Position numbers and translations under genes: made by a program. From Pelomyxa schiedti (taxonomy: Eukaryota; Protista; Evosea): DNA of 47,526 nt. Below the pieces are notes generated by a model. It was not told the origin of the DNA, did no database searches, and worked only from the letters and a program-made list of their open reading frames with translations. Positions 1-13,901 of this stretch are shown in pieces (position 1 is the first letter of the stretch; the number at the start of each line of letters is the position of its first letter). The DNA lies in assembly GCA_020536535.1 (NCBI GenBank), contig JAHLWZ010000921.1:1-47526 (forward strand). The letters are read 5' to 3'.

Positions 1-278
1 TGAACATAAACTCGCTAACAATAAAAAAAAAAAAAAAAGGTACACGATGAAGGGAAAAAAAAAACAGTACACACTGGAGTGTTGAAATTTTTATAATGGG
101 GCAGGGACATTGCGCTTCTTCGTGCACAGTTCCATTGATGTGTAACAACGAACGACAATGGCTTCTCAGCGCCCTTAGGATACGAAACCTCAGCCCCTGA
201 GGTGCACGTGGTGTTAGACACCAAGTTGTCCCCGACACCACTCCCCGGTGCTTCCCGCGTGCTCGCCGTCGTGGCCAT
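1..278 (-). CDS. Probable first exon(s) of a gene running off the left edge (MATTASTREAPGSG...), product unknown
   Basis: ATG at 278 divergent from the helicase; S/T/G-rich N-terminus like other genes here; possible GT donors downstream. No recognisable domain. Confidence 0.35.
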
Positions 279-466
279 TACCAAATAAGATCTGGTAGAT
301 TTACTGCAGAGAAGAGCTCTACCTCTACTCCAAGACACTAGGGGGTGTGTCTCCTTGGGCTGGGAGACAGAAGCTGACTCCCAGATGGAGCTGCATTCAC
401 AGAAGGCGAAATTGTCAATTTCTCGCTGTCACTCGTTCCCTGCGTAGCGCTGACTCGTTCGTTCAA

Positions 467-3400
467 ATGCGTCGCGGTGGCAAAAAATCCAATAAATCGC
501 ACAACAAAGATCTGTCGTTGTCGCGCGACACTGTGCAGACAATATTGGCAACAGCGACAGGAAGTACTACTCGTTCCAATGTGCCCGTAGTGAAACCAGC
601 AGCAATAGTACCTACAAAGCCGACCGAGGACCCTTCGACAGATCTCGTGCAAGTCACGTCGTCAACAGCAGCTTCCGCAAACGCCGCCGTCGTTGGCGAG
701 CGCATAGGCAATGAGATCTTGACGTTTGTTGCTGTGGATAGACTGTTCACAACACTGACCACTGACATCGGCTTTTCCGAGGATGATGCCAGGGACGCCC
801 TGGCCAACACCCTTAGTACGCCTCTTTCTGGTGGTGCAGTTCCGGGCGGATCAAGTTCCTCCCGGTTGGAGGTGGCATTGGACTGGTTGTGCCTGAACGT
901 TAGCCCCGAACGGATGCCACCTGGGTTTGCCCCACTTCTGCAGGCTGACACTTCTCTTGAAGAAAGTAGCAAGTGCGTTGTTATCTGCCCGGGTGCAAAA
1001 CCGCCACCAAAAGAAGCACAACCACCCACTTCAGCAGTCGAACTCACAGCCAAGATATGTACTGCAATCCCTGTTTCAGCTCCTGCAAAAGAAGTAACTG
1101 TAAATACAAAACTCTCCCCAGCACCAGCGCCGAAGTCAGCCTCACCTCCCACTGTCCTCCCTGTGAAACCCAGCAACAAAAGCCCAAAACCGAAACAGAA
1201 GAAAAAGTCAAAGCCCAAGCAGGTTTCTTCTTGGATTCTCAACTATGCTGGAAATAGTAGTGAGGAAGATTCAGCAGCTACTGCTGTTCCTGACGTTACC
1301 AAATTGGGCTTGGGTGAACTTCAGGAGGAACTTGCCAAAGAGCAAGCTAAAAAGGGGTCACAAAAGGATGTAAACCGTATTCGACTGTTGGCTGCAGAAA
1401 TAAAAAACAAACGCACTGAAACGATTCCAAGTGCCTCTTGTGTTAGTCAAAATAATGACAGCACAAATCAACCTTCAAGTGAAATCAACAGCCCAGTGGT
1501 ATTGACTGAAACTTCCGCGTCACACAGTGTGAGCGTTAATGACGGAACAGTTCATCCAAATGTTGAAGAGGCCGTTCTGAACCTGAACTCAGGTTTTCCT
1601 GTTCTTCCACTTGAACATCTGTACTCATCCGAAAAACTGTACAGAGGTTGGTGATGTGGGATCGTTATTTGAAGCTAGTTCATCTGAAATACCCACTTCC
1701 TTATCTTCTTCTCAAGACCCTGAAAAAAATATACCAGTGGAACCTCTCATCCCTCCTTCGTGGACAGGGAAAACTCCTGTTCAATTGTTACAAGACTGGT
1801 GCCGCAAGCACAAGCGTGAATCTCCTAAATTCCTTCAAGATAAAGTGCCCCCAGGAATACACCGGTGGTCCGTTGTTGTGGAAAACTCCAATAAGCATAT
1901 GGAAACCGTTTCGGTAAACATTTCGTACATGACTGCCTCCAGTGCAAAAAATGCAGTTGCTACTAAAGCTCTTCATCTTCTTGCCTCTAATGAAGGCATG
2001 GATGCTATACTTCCAGGATATTTTAGACAGATGTGGCTAGACATGAACAATGAAAAGAAAGAAAAAATACAAGAGGCTCGGAACGCCCTACTTACACACA
2101 AAGCCGAGTACATCAATGCAATAATTGCGGCCGCTAAGCAAAAATATGCGCAGCAAACATCTGTAGCTACCCCTAAGACAACTCCTACTCAAGTTGAGAG
2201 CTGGGAAGATATCATTACAACCGCTCCGGATATAACAACAGCCGCTTCTAGCACGGACACTTCTACACCTATAGGCTCTCTTGCCCAGCAACTGTATAAT
2301 CAATGGGCGGCGCGCCAACTTCTACCTGCCTACCAGCAGTTCTTACCCAAGAGGGAATCGCTTCCTGTATTTTCCGAGCGGGAGTTATTGCTGGCCACAA
2401 TTGCTGCCAACCCCGTAACTGTTGTTGTTGGTTCTACGGGCTCGGGAAAAAGGTTATTAATCTGTGCCTTCTTTCACTCAACTTTCTTAGCACACAGATT
2501 CCCCAATTCATCCTTGATGATGCCGACGCCAATAAGCGTGGCGACAAGTGTTCCATAGTCTGCACTCAGCCCCGAAGAATAAGTGCTATTTCTCTTGCTG
2601 CTAGAATTTCCCAAGAGCGGGCCGAACCACGTCAGGCAAGCGATGAATGCCAGCCGTCAGTTGGATATCAAGTGAGATTCCACTCTAAGCACATTAAAAC
2701 TGCAAGGCTCCTATTTGTAACAACGGGAATTCTACTTCGCCGTCTACATGCCTCTAGAGATTTGGCGGAGTTTAATTACATCATTGTGGATGAAGTTCAT
2801 GAGAGAGTTAGTCATTAGTGTTTAGGCTGTTGTACTTACTCTTTTAGGACATCCACACCGACTTTTTGATTTCTCTCATCAAAGGTATACTTTCACGAAG
2901 AACTGATCTGAAAGTTATTCTAATGAGTGCTACAATTAATGCCAAGTTATTTTCTACGTACTTTGGAGGCTGTCCCATCGTCAATATACCGGGAAGAGAG
3001 CATCCTGTGAGTGAATTATTTCTTGAAGACATTTTAGAGAAGACCAATTTCGTTGTGGCTGCTGATTCCCCGTTTGCAAGACAAACATCTCGTTCTCTGG
3101 TGAGACACGGAAGAATAGAAGTTTCTGGACGAAGTGGTAACAGTCAGGCTGTTACTTGGGAAGACTGGGAAGACAACTTTGGAGATGCCCCTACGACACT
3201 GAAGTGTGACAATGAGGCATACAGTGAGCAGACAGCACTATCACTCTCGCGAATGGATGAAGACGTGATAAACTACGATGTGATTAGTTCTCTTATATGG
3301 TACATCCATCGAACTAATCCCCTCCCAATGAGCCGGGAGGCCCGCTCGGGCGTTGGTGGTGGTGGAATTCTAGTTTTCCTCCCCGGTCTTGCAGAGATAA

Positions 3401-5101
3401 CTGCCATGTCAGACAATCTGACGGAGATGACGCGCCAAATTCTGAGGGAGAAAAGCTACAAAACTAATTATTCCCACCAATCCGAGGTCTTCTATGTGAC
3501 GATGTTGCACTCTACCCTGTCTGTGGATCTGCAACAACAAGTTTTCCAACATCCCCCTGGAGGAATGAGGAAAGTTGTTCTGGCAACTAACATTGCTGGT
3601 GTGGGTATTAAAAATTATTCACTCTTTTCTAACACTTGAAACAGAGACATCCATTACAATTGATGACATCTCTTATGTAATTGATACGGGAAGGGTCAAG
3701 GAATTCCACTACAACAACGCAAAGAAGATGTCTTGCCTAATCACATTATGGGAGTCTCGAGCAAACGCCAAGCAGCGAGCAGGTCGTGCCGGAAGAGTCG
3801 CTCCTGGAATATGCTATAGATGCTTCACAAAAGCGAGATACATGGCTTTCTCTGAAGTTCAGAAACCGGAAATACAGAGAACGCCTTTGGAAGAGCTATG
3901 CCTACAGATAAAGGTAACCTTTAGCTCACCAATTCCTGTATTGCTGATTCAAACAAACAGCTCCTTGACTTGGGGACTATTCATGCGTTTCTCTCTAACG
4001 CGTTGGAGGCTCCATCTGCGATCTCCATAAAACATGCTATTGAAACGCTGAATGACGTTGGTGCCCTTGATGAGCAAGAAAACCTAACTCCCTTGGGGCG
4101 TCACCTGGCCATACTTCCCCTTGATATTCATTTAGGGAAAATGCTGGTATATGCGTGCATATTTGGTTGTCAGCAAGAGGTTCTGACCATTGCAGCAATT
4201 GCAGCTTCGCAGTCACCTTTTCTTACATCCCCAAATTCGGACGACTTGGCATCAGCAAAGGCCAAGCAATTGGCTTTGTTTGGCTCAATTAAGACAGCAG
4301 AAACAACGGAAGGTGCCAGTGCACGAAATCTTCCTTTCTGTGGTGACTTGATTATGGCAATGAATGCTTTCAATGCGTGGAAGCAGGCCAATGAACACGG
4401 TGGAGCACGTGCTGCAAATGACTTGTGCAGAAATGCCTTTCTGCACTTAAACCGAATCAAGGAGATTGCAGATCTGCGAGAGCAGTACCATGAAGTTCTG
4501 CACTCCCTTGGATTTGTGGGGCACGACCTCTCTTCTCCTCCTCCTCTTACTCAAAGACGGCTGGCTCTCTTGCAGGCTATTATTTGCGCCGGTTTCTATC
4601 CGAGGTAGCCTGAAAACATACACCCAACCAAATCTCACATTATGAAGGGTTGTGCATCTTGTTCAATCGGACTCTCAAATCAAGCTACTGAGTAAAAAAG
4701 AGGAAGTCTTTATTCACCCCGTATCTGTTGCTCACGGTTTGTTACCGGCAATCTTGCCACAGAGCCAGTGGATGGTCTACTTCCAAAAGGTACCTTTGCC
4801 TGTCAACCCATATGCCTCATCCAAAAACTAGGTCAAATCCAGCCGGATTTTCATCCGCGACTGCACTCCAGTGAGCCCGCTCGCACTACTCCTGTTTGGC
4901 GGCACATTAGCCGTCCAGCACCTTGCAGGAACAGCCACCGTGGACAAGTGGCTGGTAATACACACCCACCCGCAGACAGCAGTGGCCATCAAGCAGCTCC
5001 GCAACAACCTCGACGCGGCGCTCACCTCGCAGTTCGCCAACCCCAGCAGCGCAGCATCATCGGCCCTAGTCAAGGCCGTCACCGACCTGCTGTCGCTTTA
5101 G
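467..5101 (+). CDS. DHX29: DExH-box RNA helicase, DHX29-like (UBA-like, dsRBD-like, RecA1/2, HA2, OB-like), multi-exon
   Basis: ALDWLCLNV, WTGKTPVQLLQDWCRK, GSTGSGK|STQ, CTQPRRISA, VDEVHER, LMSAT, VFLPG, ATNIA|ETSITIDD, QRAGRAGRV and LTPLGRHLAILP. Frame changes between ORFs coincide with GT-AG introns. Confidence 0.88.
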
Positions 5102-5241
5102 AACCCCACCCCCAAACACCCAAATCTCCGCCCCCTAAGAACGACTCTTCTCTGTGATCACCGTGTCAGATACTTCCCCGAAGGGATTTTAAAAAACCAA
5201 ACAAGAAGAGAAGGACACCGAAAGGGCAACAACAACCACCG

Positions 5242-7891
5242 ATGTCTGGTGCGGGGTTTCTCGCCTCTTTTTCCCCAAACAAACACACAACGCAACTGAT
5301 CCCACAATAATAACACAGGGCCGCTCTCAACAGCCGACGCGAAGGACGATGATCAGCCCCTTATGGGCGGCAGCAGTAATAGCAGTAGGCCCACCGCTAG
5401 CGCTAGCGCGAGCGCGGGGAAGCAAGCGGAAAGGGAAAGGGAGAGGGAAAGGGAGAGGGAGAGGGAGAAGCGGCGGCGCCGTGGGGAGAAGCAGGCCAAG
5501 AGGGACCCGGTGGTTGTGGGCCTGGCGTCGGTGGCGGCCCTGGCTACCGTGGTGACCTTCATCCTCGTGGCCGTGATGATCCCCCTGGTCAAGGACGTCA
5601 AGTCGAAGCAAAATGACGTGGAGGCCCAAATGGAGGTTTGACTTGCTGGGGGAGAAAGAAAAACCCAACAAAATAGGAAGATGGAAAGGGTGGGGGGGAA
5701 TATTTAATATTTACTTCGGCTTGTGTGATCTCATTCTAACTCTCTCTTGAATTGCAGACTGTGACGATGTTAAAGTGGGCTGTGGATTATGAGAACCCTA
5801 GATACTATCAAGTGGACAGAGGTACGTGCTGGGACTTTGCTACTGTTGGTCTCCTGGAGCACTCTTATCGCCAGTACGGTATTGAGAGGGGATACCTCAA
5901 GTCTGATGAATATGTGAAACTCAGTGAGCAAGCGTATGTACATCTCTGTCTGAGCTTCTACTGATTTCATGTGCAGCTTCGGAATCTCCATGATTCGTGC
6001 TTGTGCTAAGCATCCTCAAGTTTGTGATGTTCCTGGGGATTTCGTCCTACAGAATTCTACTGAAGGCGGTGAAATCGGTTGGATTTACAGGTACCTCAAT
6101 TTTGCAAACCATGTACTAATTTCTTCAGTTTGACTGAACTATATGACCAAGTTCTACCTGTAGCTGTTTGTCCCTATACTACTATTGACCAAGGTCATTT
6201 TCTCTCCTCTCTTGTTGAGACTAACCATATTAGAAACGGAATGCCCAGGGATTGACAAAGCTCTGGATCAAAACCCTCTTCTATTTGAAATACACTCAAT
6301 GGAGGTAGCCTACAACTCAAAGGTACCTTCTGTAATTGTTAGTTGTCGCCTTCTGAGGAAACATGAAAATAAGGATACAAGGGCATTGTTACTGAAGCAC
6401 AAAGTGCCCCTTGGTTGGACGTCACTTATGCATGTCGTTTCATATTATTTCCCGTGTGTTGGATACACGTAAACATGTCATACTCATCTACATCAAGCTG
6501 CACTGATGCCTACTGGGGTGCACAAGATATTTGCAATGAAACCAATAAAGTAAATTGCCCAACGGACCGCTTCTATTATTCAGAGTTCTGTGGCGAAGTG
6601 CAAGGTGCAATGTATAGTATCCTAACTGTCCTCTCAAAGAGTTCCATGAAGTTCGGTTTTCCTTTACTCTCTTAAGATATGGATGGTGAATTTTTCATGC
6701 ATGGTGTAATGGAAGTAGAAGGTGGGCATGGAATGAATATTGTTGGCTTCAATGATGGATTTGTTACAAGAGAGGGATTTAAGGGAGGTAACTTTTTTCC
6801 AACCACTAATTTCAGAAAGTCTTACGACTCTAGGGTTTATTATTCGAAACAGCTGGTATGACCAAGTGTACGGAGACAATCCATACGGTCGCGGTGCCCG
6901 AGGGTCTCACTCCATTGCATACTGGATGCAGGAGATAAGTGCATGGGATGAGGCTTCCCTATGCCCAAATCCTCTAAACCCCGCAAATTGGTTTTTTCCC
7001 TTGCCTTATGGGTAAACTAAACTTACGGAACCAGGTTGTCATGTGTACAACAATCCCCAGGCCCTACTGGACATAGGGGCATGAACAAACACGCGCCACC
7101 AAAGCACACTAAGAGTGGCCCCCTCGCCGGCGATGACATGTATGATATCTCCGAGACCTGCCTCGATGTAGAATTTATGGCTCACCTAGTGAATGTATGC
7201 CAATAACTCCTACGGTTTACCATTAACATCCTTGGAAGGTATCACTTCAACCAACTGAATTCCAATGCAAAGACACTGCCGCCTGTGACAGCTCCTACAG
7301 ATATTTCCTGGTTTCTACGTAAGTAAGACAGCTTGCACCAAGCTACACTAAACACCCCTTTTTGCTTTTCAGCCAAACGAGTGTCCAAGGAGATCTACTC
7401 GGAATGACCATGCTCGGCGTTGATAAAGTCGATCAATCTCAGATCATTGTTACAACACCCCTCAATAATCCCTCCGCACTTGCTTACATTTGGGAACGTG
7501 CGTATTATTCCGAATTTTTCCCTTTCAGCAAATTGCTAACCCTAAATCTAGCAATCCAAGCTTACCAAGATATGCTTGTGGATTCCGAGGATTGGTGCGG
7601 TTTCTATTTCTGGCCCTATGATGTACTCGACAAGCAAGTAGGCCTATTCAGAAGTAAGCCCGGAACAACCCAACAAAACCCCAAAACCCAAAACCACCAC
7701 CGAAATCTCACTAACCAAACTCAATAGCATACTATGCACACTACTTCGACATTGAGTGGGAGCCCCAAAGCTACCTAATCAACAAAGACCAGTATGATGA
7801 ATTCAACTACACTCTCCTGGAGCTGTCATCTGGCAAACAGCCTGCCTACAACCTCCCAACCACTAACCCCCATGACACCGTCCGTTACTAG
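5242..7891 (+). CDS. Papain-family (C1A) cysteine protease with N-terminal type II membrane anchor, multi-exon
   Basis: QVDRGTCWDF (oxyanion Gln and catalytic Cys, ~5809-5838), LSEQ, GGHGMNIVGF (His, ~6721) and IIRNSW (Asn, ~6840). Hydrophobic segment VVVGLASVAALATVVTFILVAVMIPLV. Start is 5242 (spliced) or 5363. Confidence 0.85.
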
Positions 7892-8094
7892 AATCAACTC
7901 TACTCTAGAGTTAGTGGGAAAAATTAATCCTCTCCCTCGGAGCTATCCTCAGGAACCCGGGTTGTGTGTTCTGTTTCGTGATCTGAAAGCACACCAAATT
8001 GGCTGCCGCTCGTTCATTCTCTTTCTTTCTCCTCTTCGAAAAAAAAACCTTGGTGCCGCGGCTTGGCCACCGGTGTCCCAGTGAATAATACGAA

Positions 8095-10831
<2,737 letters not shown>

Positions 10832-11114
10832 TATTCTCAAGCTGAAAAACTCGCTTCCTTGTATTCCCTTTGTCACAGAAACATACCCGGCACAAGGACT
10901 GTCGTAAGTACAGTAACCAGAAAAAAAAAAAACCCAAACAAAAAAAACCACCAAAGGACAAAAGGCAAGAAACACAAAACAAAACAAAAAAAAAACCAAA
11001 ACAACATACACAGGAAGGAGCCCAGCCCCAGTACCCACCCACTCCTCCTTTTGTTCCCTATTTGACTTAAAAAAAAATTCCCAAAAAAACTTTCCTTTTG
11101 TATTTACTCCTGTT

Positions 11115-13547
11115 TCATTCTGTGTTGTTCTGTTGGTCTGGTTTGCGTTGTGTGAGAGGTGTTGTTGTAGTTGCTGCTGTAGTGTTATTAGGAGGTTCGA
11201 GAGTGCATGCTGATTCAGGTGGGGGAGGGAGTGACTGTGACTTGATTGTCCTGAGGGCACGCCAGACAGCACTGTTGCACTTGAGGCCACTGCCAAAGGC
11301 TATTTGCCACACCTTATCACCTCGCTTCATGGCCCCTTTCTGCTCTATGTAGTTGAGCTCATACCACACTGATGAGGACGAGGTGTTGCCGTAGCGGTAC
11401 AGAGTTGCGCGGGAGGGCAGTACATCTTCCGGGGTGAGCTTGAGGTTCTCTTCCAGTCTGTAATAATTGTGAGAGTGGTGAAATCGAAGGGGGGTGTGGG
11501 TGTACCCATCAATGATGGCGCGGCCACCAGCGTGAATGCAGAAGTGTTGGAATGCCTTGTGGAAGTTTGGGGTGTACACTGGTCTCTTTCCCTTCGACAT
11601 TTTTCTGAGGCAGGCGTGGTAGAAATACTTGATGTGCTCCGTGTAGGGAAGAACCTGGGAGAACAGTAAGTAATGTCGATATCTTATTGGAATTTTTAAC
11701 CTGAGGGGCCAGGATAGTTATGTTACTCTTAAGAGCATTTCCCACAGCCTTGACCAAATCTCGGGATATCTTTACGCCCTTGTTACCACGCTCATCTATG
11801 GTCTGGTAAATCGCCCTATAAGATATATCGTCTGCTCCGGCATGCACTCGTACAGTTGTCACTAGTTGATACCTGGCAGGGAATTAATGAGAGCCATGGT
11901 TGAATTCTTACTACTTAGAACGGAATCCCCAGGAGAATTTGTTTGTCAAAAGAAGGGCAGCACCACCGAGCCTGAATAACACGTTGCTCAATAGCATGGA
12001 TTTAACATCCCCACGGTACCTTGACCAATAAATTTGGGAAACACTACAATGAAACAATACCAGTTCTCAGAGATGTTTTCAGTGCTGAAGATGAGACATA
12101 ACTTGGAGTGATGGATCTGCAGAAGATCTCTTGCAAGATCCACTGAAACAAGACCAGCTGAACAACCCATTCCACTCAAGTTGTAGTTTTTGACATCTAA
12201 AGATTGTTGGCATTTGGGTTGATGAGAGTTGATGCGAACCTTTTCTCATTTTGTACTTGTTGATTATCATGGCACTTAGGGATGGAGTAGGATTGAATAA
12301 ACTGCAGTTCACAATAACAATATCTATGTCAGTCGGGTTGACACCCGTTTTGGCGAAAAGTTCATCACAGCACCCAGTAATGACCTACTAGTTTTAATGA
12401 CTGGCTGAAAAAAAAACAAAAAACCTGGAAGGCCTCTTCTCTGGATCTATTCATGTTCAACTCGGGAGGGCAGGCCAGAATTCCGGCAGGGAGGTATGTT
12501 TCATTACCAAGACCAGCACGTTCAGTCAACTTTTTCTGAAATTCCATGCTCTCTTTTGAAAACCAACTGCCAATGGTTAAAGGGTTATTATTAACTTAAT
12601 AATAATATCTATACTTAGTTCTCTCATTGATAGTCACAAAGTGTTCTCGAGTGACAAGAAGTTCTGGGGGTGGTGTGAACGTTGCGAAATCAACGAGGTA
12701 AATTCTACAGAGAAGTAAATAGATAGAGCAGAGGTAAAGTTAAAGTACCGTTCTTTCCTCGAGGCTACGTAAAACGTGACCAAATAAACTAACGTCATGA
12801 AGCACACGACGAAACTTACAACAGCAACTATGGATTCGTCGTGCTGCTTTGATAATTCGGCGATTACAGACCTCCGCTTATTTAGAGAACAAAAAGGAAA
12901 AAAGGAAGAATTTCTCACCTCCACAACATGGGTATCACTGCACTTCTTTTCACCAGGATAGTCAACACAATCAGAACAACTGGGGCAAGATACAACACAA
13001 GAGAGGGAATGCCCAAACTGTGATAATAACCTGCCCTCACCTACAACTCCAAATTTATAAAACAAAACAAGGTGAGTGTACAAGGCAGCACTGACCTCGT
13101 TGAAGTCGCCCTTGCGATGAGGGTAGTAGTACGACACATTGCGCAAGTCCCTGACCTTCTCCTGCTCCTTCGCCCCCGCCACTGACGGCGAGAACGACCG
13201 CGGCGGCACACCCGCGTCCCCATCCCGCACTCCCCCGCTTGGGCTGCTCGTAGCAGCTGCAGTTGCAGTAGTAGCAGTTGCAGTTGCAGTAGTAGCAGCG
13301 GTCACGGTAGCGGTCGCTGCGGTTGCTGATGTCGTATCCGTCGTTGGCGGCGCTTCATGTGGTTGAGATCAACAACACGACAACGGCTACAACTACGATA
13401 ACAACAACTGCAACAACAACTACCACAGGTTTAGACACAGATCCTCTGTGATCTGTGCACGGCAACAAAACAAACAGTAGTGTGAGATCTGGGGGGTTGG
13501 TACACACCGGCTGGCCGCGATGGTGACTCATCGTGTATTGAGCTCAT
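11115..13547 (-). CDS. KCS: FAE1/KCS-type 3-ketoacyl-CoA synthase (very-long-chain fatty acid elongase condensing enzyme), multi-exon
   Basis: [58 protein letters not shown] (catalytic Cys), [26 protein letters not shown] and [20 protein letters not shown]; N-terminal TM helices. Confidence 0.93.
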
Positions 13548-13901
13548 TTTTGTTTGTTGCGTTTGTTTGCTGTTTCCGGGATTCGCTGTTTTGTTTGTTT
13601 TTTGTGGATTGATGGAATTGCGTTCTGTTGTCAAACGAGCAGAACTTTGGGGGTGTTGTTCCAAGTGCTCAGAAGTGGGGGTTCATCTCCCCATACCAGA
13701 GGAGGATGAGGAGTATCCAGTGCGTGTTTCAATACATCATTTTCCTACACTCTCAATTCCTGCGTTCAAAATTCGTCAAAGGAAGCAACGAAAACGAAAA
13801 TACAAAAAGAGGTGGCGTTCTAACAACGCACTGAGCTAACGTCATAGACAATACTGCACTTTTTTCTTTTTTTTTCTTTTTCCCCCCGCTAGTTTTACTT
13901 G

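Noticed and set aside
463-1242. Long antisense ORFs here and at e.g. 10688-11296, 26361-26951, 29369-29929 and 30419-30763
   Set aside because: Shadows of low-complexity or GC-rich coding sequence on the opposite strand, with no domain features.
1590-1660. Apparent frameshift between helicase ORFs 347-1654 and 1611-2558
   Set aside because: Explained by a GT-AG intron (gttttcctg...ctgtacag). The same applies to most ORF breaks in the window.
5430-5470. (GAGAGG)n tract, similar to 26620-26690, as a possible dispersed element
   Set aside because: Simple coding microsatellites encoding ER/DR runs, with no shared flanks.
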